Source of the DNA: Phoronis australis
Taxonomy: Eukaryota; Animalia; Phoronida
NCBI GenBank assembly: GCA_002633005.1
Contig: NMRA01000025.1
Location: 7,757 to 71,756, forward strand
Length of the DNA stretch: 64,000 nucleotides
Direction of reading: 5' to 3'
The notes under the pieces are model-generated. The model saw only the letters and a program-made list of their open reading frames with translations, was not told the DNA's origin and did no database searches. The translations under genes were made by a program, and so were the position numbers. Below are positions 1 to 12,600 of this stretch, piece by piece (the stretch's first letter is position 1; each line of letters starts with the position of its first letter).

Positions 1-291
1 CGCACAGTGATTGACGGGAAAAGAACTTGAACTGCACTGAGGGGTTGAAGTGTGTGCATTTTTTGGGACACGCGTTCATTTTCCCAGCCGCCCTGCAGAA
101 GCTGGACCAGTGACCGTGTTTCAACAAGGAATTTTGATACAGCTCTATAGGCCAAGGATTTCAGGATCATGTCTTTCCAAAAAATCTTCAGGAAATGACC
201 GTATTAAAATGAACTTTTCCCGAAACTGGGTCAAAAAACGACCTTGGAGCCACAACACAGGTATAGGTTCGAGTTAAGCCGCACGTCTCAA

Positions 292-555
292 ATGAATCAT
301 AGCGGAGCTGACCAGCGACTAGCATTAGTTCGTCGAATTGCGCATGAATCATAGCAGAGCTGACCAGCGACTAGCATTAGTTCGTCGAATTGCGCATGAA
401 TCATAGCAGAGGTGACCAGTGACTAGCATTAGTTCGTTGAATTGCGCATGAATCATAACAGAGCTGACCAGCGACTAGCATTAGTTCGTCGAATTGCGCA
501 TGAATCATAGCAGAGCTGACCAGCGACTAGCATTAGTTCGTCGAATTGCGCATGC
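292..555. repeat. Minisatellite, 5 x 52 bp (ATGAATCATAGCAGAGCTGACCAGCGACTAGCATTAGTTCGTCGAATTGCGC)
   Basis: Units start at 292, 344, 396, 448, 500; near-identical, no spacers. Confidence 0.95.
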
Positions 556-1231
556 ATGGATCAGACTTCCCGGCGACGCCACGACACCGGCCACCGTGGC
601 GGGAGCAGCTAATTTCTTGACTAACACCTGCTTCTAAATCTGGATTTAAGCAAAATGACGGAGTCCACGCATACACACATGCAAACGTATCCAAATACAA
701 TTAAATGTATTTTCATGTGAAACCATTCAATGTCCTTTGAACATTGACTTGCATGATGAGTTCTTCATTTTCTTAGATCTGCCCAGTCAGATAGAACTGC
801 GTTTCAAGTCATTCACTATAAGGCACTCGAGGGTTTAAATTGGAAGCTCGCGCCGTATGACGTCGTATGACATAGACGATGCGAGCCTCATTTGCATATA
901 TTAGTGACATCTGTTGGTTCAAAAAAGAGGATCGTGCCCGAGTACATGCCTGGGAAGAGGCATCTTTTGGAAGGATAAAACAAGTCATGTTCAAAGCATC
1001 CCAGTGCCATTAATATGTAGTCTTTGGGGACAAAAGTGGTGTCATTTTATAGCTAAAGAGTTAAGCTTTCAAACACAATGCTTGGATTCCAGACTACTTT
1101 TAACATTTACTTTTGAAATCACCTTTGAAAATACGTTAAAATGCGCTAAAACAGTTGTCCCTTCCTGGTTATCTCTTCCTGATAGTGGTTCATAAATATA
1201 AAAGCACCTTGGCTTCAAATTACCACCCGAT

Positions 1232-2100
1232 ATCACTCACTTGCATGCTCCAAACTTATGGAGCACACAGATGTCAGTAATATTATGCCTCATCTTGACA
1301 CAAATAACATACTTTACACCTGGCAGAATGGTTTGCATAGCCTTAGATTATGCGAAACACAACTTGTCACATTCATAAATGACCTCCTTCAAACTATGGA
1401 GCCAGGCACTCAAACCGACGCCGTGGTGCTGGACTTCTCTTAGCCTTTGATAAGGTATCTCATCCAAGACTCTTGGAGAAGATCAGATACTACAATGTAA
1501 GGGGTCTCGTCTACATTGGATCCAGTCCTGTCTATCTCATAGAACTCAGAGAGTCGTCGTCGATGGCGAGTTGTCAAATTCCTCCCCAATTCAGTCAGGG
1601 AGCCCCAGGGCTCAATCCTTGGTCTTGCACTCTTCATACTCTATGACCTTCCTGACTCTATTCTTTCAAATGTCGGCCGGTCTCTTTGCTGATGATGAAG
1701 TCTTCTACAGACCTATTGCTTCCCACTATGATCGCCAAATACTTCAGCAAGACTTAGACTCCCTACCCTCGTGGGAAAAATCCTGGAAAATGGACTTCAA
1801 CGTTTCCAAATGCAATATTCTACGTGTCCACAGAAAACGTTCCCTCATGATATACAATTACAGTCTTAACAACGCATCGCTCAAATGGATAAACCAAGCC
1901 CCATACCTTGGAGTCACTGTTATCAATAATTTATCACGGAATACTAACATAGACACAGTCACCTCTAAGGCAGACAGAACTCTTGGCTTCTTTAAACCCA
2001 ACTTCAAATATGCTCCTCGTGAAACAAAAACCCTGACCTGCACTTCACTAGTGAGACCCAAACTTGAATATTCCTCCTCTGTCTGGGATCCCTCCACTCG
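1232..2100 (+). mobile_element. Decayed CR1/L2-group LINE reverse transcriptase fragment
   Basis: Frameshifted or stopped motifs: CETQL..FINDL, QTDAVVLDFS*AFDKV, SG.PQGS.LG, LFADD, LQQDLD.L..WE..WKMDFNVSKC, LVRPKLEY.SSVWDP. Confidence 0.9.
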
Positions 2101-2102
2101 CT

Positions 2103-2840
2103 TCAGTATTGATGAGAATTGTAAGCGGCCCTTGGATAATGTTCCTGTGGCATATTCAAAATTTTAAACCAGTATTTAATACAGCTAACAAAGTATCTCG
2201 TAAACATATGGTATCTGCCACATTCACCCAATTTTGCAGTGTTAGAGCAAGAACCGCCAAGTTCCAAGGTCCAGTTACAAAATTTTAAATGAATTTTTTC
2301 TAAACACTCGTATTCTTTAAAACCCCAGATCTCGACACCATAACACAATGTTGGACACACAAATTTGTCAAATAACTAAAAGGCAAGTGATGGGGACATA
2401 TCGCGACATTTGCACTGTAGTTTCAAAACACGTGATGCAGTTTATTTATTTGACAAGAGAGAGTTTTTGTCGCTTTCAACCATGACAATTTAGGTGTGTT
2501 AAAAATACCAAGATATTTATAATGAGATACAGCATCAACTTGCTGTTTGTTAAAAAAACCTTTTTTTATAATTTCTTAAGGGACTTCCATGGTCTTGGTT
2601 TTCTTTAAAGTCACAGCCATACACCATGAATCACAATAATCACCGAGGCAATTTAGCCTACGTTGCAAGTTAGACGCTGTTAGAGAGCACAAAACATATA
2701 TAATAGTGAATTAATATTATTTTGTAGCATGCTCATCTAAGTAGATGCTATTTGTGTTACTACGTGAATCGAGTTTTGCTAAAATCTCATTGAGATACAA
2801 AACAAATTTATAGCAGACGAGTGTACATTTCACGAGCTGG
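2103..2840 (-). mobile_element. Second decayed non-LTR retrotransposon fragment (RT C-terminal region), apparently a different clade
   Basis: LQRRLNCLGDYCDSW..LKKTKTM and YGVEIWGF..LEKIHLKFC..SN.A.LGECGRY..IKYWFKIL motifs typical of LINE ORF2 C-termini. Confidence 0.8.
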
Positions 2841-3335
2841 CAAAATGCTATTTAAAAACTTTCAAAATGAAAACCTAAAAAAATAATATGATCGCCCTCA
2901 TGTTTAGGATGGGTAATTTCGTGCCTGATTACCCAAATTAATCTCCAGACAAAGAAATCAGCTAAAGGAGGATGGTTTCTTTGAAGATAGTGGCAGATTT
3001 TAAGGTTAACGAACCAGTGGAGTTGCTCAAACTTGACTGATTGGAGATGTCAGCATAGGATTTTTTCGCAGTTGAATGTCAAGCACTGGTAGTACGTGGG
3101 TTGAAATATTAATTGTAAACCAGTTGAAATAAAAACAGTAAACTAATTTGCATGTGAAATTATTCAGCTTACCAGGAATTGTTCAACTTTAGTTATGCTA
3201 CAGTAATCGGTTGCAGTTATGTAGTGCAACATACTGTAACTAACTCCAGTCAATACCTGCTTGAAATTCTCTGTATCATTTTGTTGTGGTCAGACTCTAC
3301 CACTTGGCTTGTTATGACAAGTCATTTTGTATGCC

Positions 3336-3480
3336 CAGCATGGTCTCAAGGGCAAACTAATTGTCATTTTTGTAAACCCAGAAATCACTTCTCATCTGGG
3401 TTGAAATCAATGTTAAAGGAGAAGTGGTCTAAATTGCAAGTTTTCTCCTTGGCCAAACTGCGAGTTTATAGTCACTGTAA
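3336..3480 (+). repeat. Dispersed repeat fragment, second copy at about 37588-37740
   Basis: Shared CAGCATGGTCTCAAGG..CCAGAAATCACTTC.CATCTGG..TGGTCTAAAT. Confidence 0.7.
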
Positions 3481-3607
3481 CCTTCAACTGCTTTCTTAAA
3501 ATAGGTGAGCAAAAAATTTCATTGGCAAATGGACTTTGATATGTGCACTATGTGATGGAATGCATTCCACTATGGTTTTGGTCATGCCACTGATGTCTGT
3601 TTTGCAG

Positions 3608-3663
3608 GGCAATATTTGGATATGAAGGTGTCACTCCTGTGCTGAAGTGTGTGTCTCAAGGCG
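3608..3663 (+). CDS. DBNL: DBNL exon (ADF-H: (W)[18 protein letters not shown])
   Basis: ttttgcag acceptor, G|gtaag donor; resembles the WALFTYEG motif of ADF-H. Confidence 0.88.
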
Positions 3664-6600
3664 GTAAGAAGGATTTGTTTTTGCTAATGTAGAAAAAACA
3701 TTTTGAACATTATGTATTGATACATTTAGTCAATAGATGGGGTCGTATGTTGCTTAGAAAGGCATTGTGGGATAATGTCTGATTGCAGTACACGACTTTT
3801 TATTAACAACAAAACACAACACAAATTTAATAAAGACTCAAAATGCTGTAATCGTGGAAATATAAAATTGAGAAGTCATTGACATCAGTTCTTCTTTGAC
3901 AGCTGAGGTTGGACGGATTACTTAATACAGGTCAATTTTACAGTTGAGTTACACGGTCAGATATTGTCTCAGACTCTGGGAACCAATTGCTTTAATTGGT
4001 ACTGAAAAATAACTTTTATTCAAAGTTACTGAACCAGATGAAAGAAGATAGCTCAAAACATTTTTGGCCAATTCAGTTAAAGGTAGATTTTGATATAAAA
4101 GTGACTTTATTTCAATATGGAATTTACCAAAGTATTAATTTGCTGTATCGTTTATATTACTTGAGACAACGAATCTAGTATTATTGGAGACATGTCGGGA
4201 AATTAATAATTTTCCTGTCGGTGTGTGCTTTTTTACTGCATATTAAGTATAAAAACTGCCACCCTATGTAATAGTTTATGGATTAAAATCATTGTGAATA
4301 AACCCCAGAGAGTTCTTAGAATAATTGTCTTTGAAACTTAGTTATGTGTAACTCAAAAGTTTTTAAATGCATCTTTGTGTTTACATTTTAGAGGATGGCA
4401 TTGAGGAGATGGTCGATGATCTCAATAGTGGCAAGATTTTGTATGCCTACTGTCGAGTAAAGGACCCCAACACTGGTCTAGCCAAGTTTGTCTTAATAAA
4501 TTGGGTAGGGATGTCAGCTTTGTGTTAATTAGTTGTGCTGTTGTTATGATCTTGGCGCACAAGTTGGAGGACACGATACTATTATGGTGGAAGTTGATGG
4601 GTTGGCGTTAATGGAGTTGTAACTTATTAAAGAACAGGTGTATGTTTCATTAAAAAGTGACAAGTCAGGAATTTGGTCTTGTACTTAAAACTATTTCTGA
4701 TAAATAATTAAATCTCACTTTCGCAGTAGTACTAAATCTTAGTGAGAATATACTGTCTGCTAATTTCTTATAATACTTCTACAAAGTATTTCTAGACTGT
4801 GATGCGCTCGTAATTACTTCACTTAACTTTTTTCAGCAACTGTGCAATGGGAGCGTAAGACCAAATTTCTCTTGTGTCACTTTTCATGAAACTGTACTCA
4901 GACGTGTTACACAAGGGTTCACAAATATGTCATTTGTCAAACGGTTGGTGCCTGAACGTCTAAAAGGACAGCTGAGGAACGGATTCGGACAGCTGATGTG
5001 AACTGCCCAGCTGGAGTACTGGTTAAGCCAGTCAGCCAACTGTACTAGGATCAAAATGCAGCTAGTTATGGGATGTTGTGAGTGAAAAGTTGGCAAAATA
5101 AGCGAAGCTCAGTTTTTTAGTCAACTCAAACTCGATTATGTAGTCCTCTTGCAGGTACCACCTCATTGCTGGACTGAATTGTTAATAAAATTAATATGTT
5201 TAATATTAATAGTATGTGGTGTAGAGAGAGAAATGAATTGGAGTAATATTAAGAAACCATAGAATGAATGAAAATGTGGTAACATACTAATAGCTCTTAT
5301 GGAACTACTTATTTTTGTCACAGAATGTTTTTGTGTTGCCACTGATGTCAATTTTCAGTAGAAGTAGTGTATGGTAACATCTCGCCAATGTAGGACAATT
5401 GTGGGTAAACTATTTACTACAATCATGTCCTGAGAATTGAAAAAATTACATTTCTCCGAAATTGATGAGATTTTTTCGAACCCTTGCGAAATAAGCTAAG
5501 TGGAGGCAAATCCTGCTAAAATGTTGCAAAATACATCTCCGTCTGGGCGTCCGTTGTCTGGCGTCTGCAGCTATATTTCCTAAACCCTTTGTGGGATATT
5601 AATGAGTTTTTGCAGGTGTGTTTCTATGAGAAGCTGATGACAAAGGACAACGAATTTCGGACCAATCCGACCAATTTTAGTTTCATGGTTGTCTTGTAAT
5701 TCTTGGATGGATTTTCATGCAATTTCGAAGCTTATGTTTCTGTTAAGGAAATGACTGTAGTCTTCCATTTTCTTATGGATTGGATTTATTTTTGTACCAC
5801 CCAGTAGCTATTTTTACAATTTTCAGTCTGATTTTCGTTCCTGATAAGAGGACGTTGATTTTTGGACGGATCTGATATCAGTGATGCCTCCTGGTTGTGA
5901 TCTTTGTCTTTTTTGGATCCTCGGCCATATCTCCTTACTCCTTTGAAGGGTCTTTGTGAAATTTTACAAGTGTTGTATTATACGTGTGACTACGGCTACC
6001 TATGACTGTTGGATGGTTCTGACTGCTGTTATTGTATCTACCACTTTTGGATGGTTCTGGCTACTGTAACTGTACCCCCTAGTGGCAGTTTTATTTGTTA
6101 CGTTTAAGTCTCTGTATCTTCAAAGCTCTTTCACAGTTTTTATTGAGATTAGGCAAACGAGTTTCTGTTATTATGGCGATAGCATCTATCCAGTTTGGGA
6201 TGGACTTAATGTATAAGTGTCTATTTTTCACACTAATAAACACCCCTAGAAGCACCCTGTTTATGTTGCTGTTGTGGGGGCTCTTGTTGAAGATTGCGTT
6301 ACCCTCTGCCACTGTTAATAGAAAACAACTGGAACGCCCTGTACCATGTGTCAGACAACTTAAATCTCATGGTCCAGGGCATTGCGCTTGTTGTCTTTAA
6401 ACACTGGCAGAGGGTGACAAAATTTGTGCATAAACCAGTCAGTCGTTGGTCCCCAGCAGAGGGAGCTAGGCGGCGCCGCAATGTCGAAATAATTATTTTA
6501 CACTAAGTTCCATAAATTGTTATTTGTAATTTTCTTTTACGTTTAGTTATTCATCTGGATGCCCATTGTTTAATGTTTGTTCAGTAAGGTTTGTTCCTAC

Positions 6601-9600
6601 ACATCTCATTTCAGACGAGGTAATTTACACAAAATGTGTCTACCGTTCAGATTAATTTGGTTTTTTGTTGTCAACTGTGTATTCCTTTGTTAGCTATAGA
6701 ATGGTGCTGTGCGACAATAATAATGTTTCAGAAGAGCTGGATGTAGTTCTGAGGACCTATTTTCTGTCACGAAGTCCCTTATTATTCCCTAAAACACCAT
6801 GCATCTTGCCATGTCATGTTTACAGTTTTCTTTTCTTCCAGCAAGGCGAAGGAGTTCCTGAAAATGTCAAGTTCAAATGTGCCAATCACATGCCAGATGT
6901 GTCGAGGTTCTTTCATGTAGGTTTTGCTACAGCGATGTTTGTATTAATTCTTAGGTGGTTGTCACTTTGTGTTAGTTGAATAATGGGATTTAAATGCTGA
7001 AATGGAGTTACCCATAAAGAAGACTTTAAAAAGATAATGAACTGTGGCTAGATGTGTCATCCTTGCAGAATTCTGCTGCAATTGGCAGAATATCGCAACA
7101 TAAAACAATTAGACGGACTCATAGCCCCATTTCCTATTCCCCTAGCCATTTCCTTTTGTCTCCTTTCCTGATCATGTACCAGCTTATTGTGACTGAAGAA
7201 GTTTACAAGAACTTGATGCGGGCGGGTATTGAGTGCAGGTCTCAAAAAACGAGTTGGGTATAAAGACCAGAACCAACATTGCTTTTGTGTCCTTATATCT
7301 GGCTTGTTTGGTTTTTGTTTGCATTCTGACGGTGTTTGTGCTGACATACAGGATGTATCAACACTATTAGTCAGACTGTCTTTGTGTTTGCAAATCCTTA
7401 CTAATTCTATATTTGTAACACAACAGGGTGCTCATGTGACCATCAATGCCAGAACTGACGATGATGTTGAAGAAGATGTTATTCTGGAAAAGGTGTCGAA
7501 AGCTTCAGGTAGAACCACAACTGTTTTCAACAGTTACTAAACTTCTTTCCTGATAGACCCAATTTATCAACTGCCTTAGCTATACATTAGAAACTCAACT
7601 CGTTGCACCACACTTTGTACTTTGTCAATAGTTTTCTACAAGAAATGCTGTTGCCAAGAAACCTATTTTTCAGGAATGTTGATAAAAGGCCGTCTGTTCT
7701 GGAGCAGAGCAAGTAGTGCATTAGAAATGACATGTTGGCATTGAAACACTGGCTAAAATAAATTGATGAATTGTGGACTAAAACTGCTGATTTTTCAAAC
7801 TGTTTGGCTTTTGAAATTGAATACCTGGTGAAAAGTTAGGCTAGGATTATGCTAACCGTCCTGAAGAAATACATATTAAGGTTTCAATTCTTTGGTACCC
7901 CTTGATGAATGGTTTTAGCAACTCCTTGAATTGTGAAGGATAACTAATATGCAAGTTGTGATGTCAGGTAAAAGAACACGGAATGCTTATCCATGGCCTA
8001 TATTGACATCTGGACTTGAGAGCTCCTATGAAAGAATTTTTTTATTATTTTCATGTACACAGAAACCTCTCAACTGAAAAAAATATGCATAATATGCCAC
8101 TGTATGGAAATGATTGCTTAACAATCAACTGAGAATACCTCCCACAGGGGGTACTTGGCTACATCTTTTGATAGGGGTACAGCTAGAAAATTTGGATACC
8201 GTCCTATTCAGAGAATACGGTAGAGTCACTAAAATGACCCATTTTAGGGAGCTTCCATCAAAATGTCTCTCATGGTTCTGTTTCAGAAACACCACCCTTT
8301 CATAAGCATTCTTAAATTGCTAATTTTTAACCTGTGTCAGAAACAAAACTGTTACCCAGCTGTATGAAATTTTCTCAGAAAAGGCTCCCTTCTGTAGGGA
8401 ATGTTGTTAAAAAAGCACTTTTTCACAGGGAAACTGGTTGTGAAATAGTCACCCTTGTGATTGGGTGACACATCTGTATACTTCCTCTATAGGAGTATCC
8501 ACTGGTTTGGTTCATTTCCTTGCCTGTAATGAGTAGTCTGTATGAGCCAGCTGTGACACTGAGTGCAAGCAATGTTCAGACCTTGGTTATGATGTCTGAT
8601 AGGGTAATGTCACTTCTGTTCACAGGTGCCAGGTACGGTGTCCATAAAGAGAAAGCCCAAGTTATTCCAGAGGCTGGTCCTGTGGTTAGTGTTGCATTCA
8701 AGAATGAGGCCATTTTATGGTGTTTTATTCACTGTTGGTATTTTATAGGAGTCTTTAATTGAGTTCAAAGTTGCCAAGAATACTTTTAGCTTATAACCGA
8801 GTCTCAGTTTTATAACAAGGATGTGACATTAAGCTCTTTTAGTTATGGGAGTATGAAAGCGGTTTACCCTATTGATAAAATCTAAGTGCTAGACAGTGCA
8901 GAGTTGGCACTGGTGAAATGTAATTTCTTCCATCCACGTATATTAGGAAACTTTGATTCATTTGAATGTCTTACTGAACTACAATCTTCATTTGGTAACT
9001 ATGTTGTCCGCATGATTGTGGTCACAAATATTTAAAACTTTGCTGTTAAAGTCCCATTGCTTTAAGGAGAAGTCAACCATTTGTAATACTTGCCAAGAGT
9101 TACCTAGCAATGTATTGAATATAAAACATTTAGATACTGATTATTTGGCTGAAAGAATGTCTGCAGAAATAAGATTTAAGAAAATACAGTAAGGCGCTGG
9201 ATTTCATCCTGTTTAGCTGGCTAAAAACGAACATTGAATTTAGACATTTTACTTTCACAAATTGGTCTCATATTCCATACTTTGATATGATTCTGTTACC
9301 AACTCAAATCTTGAGGCATTTTCTAATTCACAGTTTTAGTGTTGGCCAACCCCTGCCAATAGTCTGAAGCGTTTTTTTTTTTTGAGTCGCTGTTGGTTTC
9401 AGTGCTCTTGTTGATAACGGAAATGGGAATCTTATCAGCTCAAGGAATATCATGAGACTGACTTGAAGGCCTAATTTGATTTTTGTTTTTAGACAGCTAA
9501 GCAGGCTGAAATGCAACTTTAACCATCAGGGTTTTACTTAAAATATAAATGTTTATTGTAGTTACAAGGGGATGACACAGGCCGGTTATAGACTTACTTT

Positions 9601-12600
9601 TCCATCAAAATATGCTTAGGTCTATTGAATATTCTTGTACAAACTTTTATGAAAAAGTCTGCTTCTGATCATTCAAGTGTTCGAGAAAGTTTGTGGACAC
9701 ATTTTGTTAAAGGAAGGCATGCCTGCCATAGACTGCTTTCTGAGAAATCTTAGTGTAATGGTCCATTCAACTCGTGCTCTCGCATAGCTCTATTCTCTAA
9801 TATTTGGATGCATTTGCAGGGCTCTGTCTACAAACGGACAAGGGCGGACTCTGACATTAAGACAGCACGTAGAGATCAGTTCTGGGAGAAGACTGAGGTA
9901 TGATGAAACTTACAGTCAATGGTTGCCTAGGGTTTTCCCCCTTACACGCATATATATTTATGCTATACATGCTACTGAGGGTTGCTTTTTAGTTATTATA
10001 AACACTAAGAAATGCTAGAATCCATTGTTATCAATCACATTTTAGCATGCATTTTCACAAAAATATGAATCGTCAAATTTTTGTGACGAAGGATGTGATC
10101 AGGTCTCTTTAAAGCTCCCCAGCCTAATACTTGGCCATGACATCTCGCGAGGTTGTGGAAGTCATGACAAGCCCAGTCTCAGGTCTGGTCTATTGGGTCA
10201 TTGATTGCAGGTTTGGAACTTGGTCATTATAGCCAATATTCGGTTCAAATAGAGCTGCAGGACCATCAAAATTTCTTTCTCAATTCTGGTAAATGGACAT
10301 AAATGGCATATGTGACACTAAATCTGACTTTCAGTGTGCAAGCTTCCAACCCTGTTTAAGTTGGTTGGTTTGTGGACTACTTGCCCTGAATGGTTATTAG
10401 TTTTCCCAGTGTTTTGCATTGTTCAGAGTATTTGTCACTGAGTAGGATGTACCAACCACATCCGATCACTTGATTGTGATTTTGCCCGCCATTCCACTAA
10501 TATAAGTGCTAACATTTTATGTCCAGTATGTTGGTGTCCCATGCTTTTACAGTTCACATCACTTGCCTTAATGACAGTGCAACTTAGGGTATGTGTGGGT
10601 TACCACAAACGATTGTATTGAGTGTATTTGACCTTATTGACTCTGTTAACTGAATATCTATGAGCAAGTGATACGTGAAACCATGCTGTGCTCTGCTGTT
10701 TTCAGAAAGAAGAGCAGCACCGCAAAGCTGACGAACAACAAAAGGCAATGGAAGAGAGAGCCAAACTTGAACGGGAGAGGAAGGAAAGGGAGGTAATTCT
10801 CAGTTGTTGAACCAGGCGCGTGTCTTAAAAATTGCGATTCATGCCAAGAATTGTACGATGACACTTGGCTTACCTTAAAATCCAACTGCTGCCTGGTGGT
10901 TTGGTAATTGGGCTAATTATGTTGCACACACAGCAGAATTAATGAGGAACATATTATTGCAACATTTAACAAACAAGGCATTCCCATTTAAAAAGGAGTT
11001 TTCCCATATTGTGCCAAACTGAAATGTAATATTACAATATTGAAGAGAAACTTTAACATTTTGTCTTTAAATTTGATTTGCAATCCAACATTATCTTCTT
11101 AGTACATTTCATTCTGTACTTTTGAAAAAAATTTGTTTAGTCTCCCGTTAATTAGCCATTGAAATTTGTGTGCGTAAGCTTAAACTCACAAGCAATGTGT
11201 GAAATCACATTTATCAAATTAAGTTGCAAAAGTCACATTTCTTGTCTAATTTTAAAAGCTCAATAACCTCTTGTGACTGCTTTTCACAATATATTCAAAT
11301 ATGCTATTTACAAACTTTCAAAACGAAAAATTAAAAATACTATTGTCATTCCCTATGTGTTTATGATGGTGTCATTACCTAGATAACACCAACAGCCTGA
11401 GGCAACCACAACAACATGGTGTCTTTGATCTGAACTGGCAAATTCTGAGGTGCGCAAACTGGTCGAGTTGCCTAATCTCGACCGGTTTGTATGTCACCCT
11501 AAGGTTGATTATAGGACTTATAAATAATATGTTAAACAGTTTCTGATTTCATTCTTGTTAAAGAATATTCTGGAACTATTTGACTGCCAACTTTGGACAT
11601 TAGCCCAACAAAATGATAAACTATCCTGCTGGTAAAGACCTACCTGTACATATCATGCTGGTAAAGACCTACCTGTACATATCATGCTGGTAAAGACCTA
11701 CCTGTACATATCCTGCTGGTAAAGACCTACCTGTACATATCCTGCTGGTAAAGACCTACCTGTACATATCCTGCTGGTAAAGACCTACCTGTACATATCC
11801 TGCTGGTAAAGACCTACCTGTACATATCCTGCTGGTAAAGACCTACCTGTACATATCCTGCTGGTAAAGACCTACCTGTACATATCCTGCTGGTAAAGAC
11901 CTACCTGTACATATCATGCAGGTAAAGACCTACCTGTACATATCCTGCTGGTAAAGACCTACCTGTACATATCATGCAGGTAAAGACCTACCTGTACATA
12001 TCCTGCTGGTAAAGACCTACCTGTACATATCATGCAGGTAAAGACCTACCTGTACATATCATATTCTCTCAGAAGATTAAGTGGCCGCTTCCAAGAAACT
12101 GACTTCAGTTAATTTTTTGTCTCAACTTCGAAACTTTGAAACTTATACATTTGGTATGTTAATTAGTCAAAATTAAGACGAAACTTACATCGAAAACTTA
12201 AATCAAACTTAAGATCTCTTTCACGTAACTTATCTTAAAATTTGCTGAAATTTATGTTCGTCTTAGCTAAGTCAGTTTTCTTACAACGAGTCCAAGACTT
12301 ATAATTTTGTCGTATCTGTCCTTGACCTTGTGCGTGAAGGAATATTCATCATCTAAGAAAAAGTGAATGTTTAAAGTTTCTGTGAATAAGAGAACTAAGT
12401 GATTTGCAAAGTGTCAACTGTAAAGTGCATCTGGCCAGCTCGTGCATCACACAGATACAACTTGAAACTAAATTTGGCTTTAGGCACGTGAAGAAACTGA
12501 ACGTAACCGCAAAATTAATGAACACATGAAGCAAGTGACGGAGATTAGGAAAATGGAGAGAGCGGCAAGTCTGTCAGAGGAAGACAAGGAGAAGAAGCGA

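Noticed and set aside
292-555. CRISPR array
   Set aside because: Units are contiguous and near-identical with no unique spacers; the context is eukaryotic and there are no cas genes.
1571-2167. Functional reverse transcriptase gene
   Set aside because: Upstream RT motifs are broken by stops and frameshifts, and the 3' end runs into a different element.
2972-3040. First coding exon of DBNL
   Set aside because: The ATG frame ends in TGA, shows no ADF-H similarity and lacks a phase-2 TG|GT donor; the true exon is probably upstream of the window.
9900-9978. Box C/D snoRNA (ATGATGA..CTGA)
   Set aside because: The C box overlaps the 5' splice site and there is no terminal stem; likely chance.
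11623-12060. CRISPR array (29-bp repeat length)
   Set aside because: Head-to-tail minisatellite without spacers.
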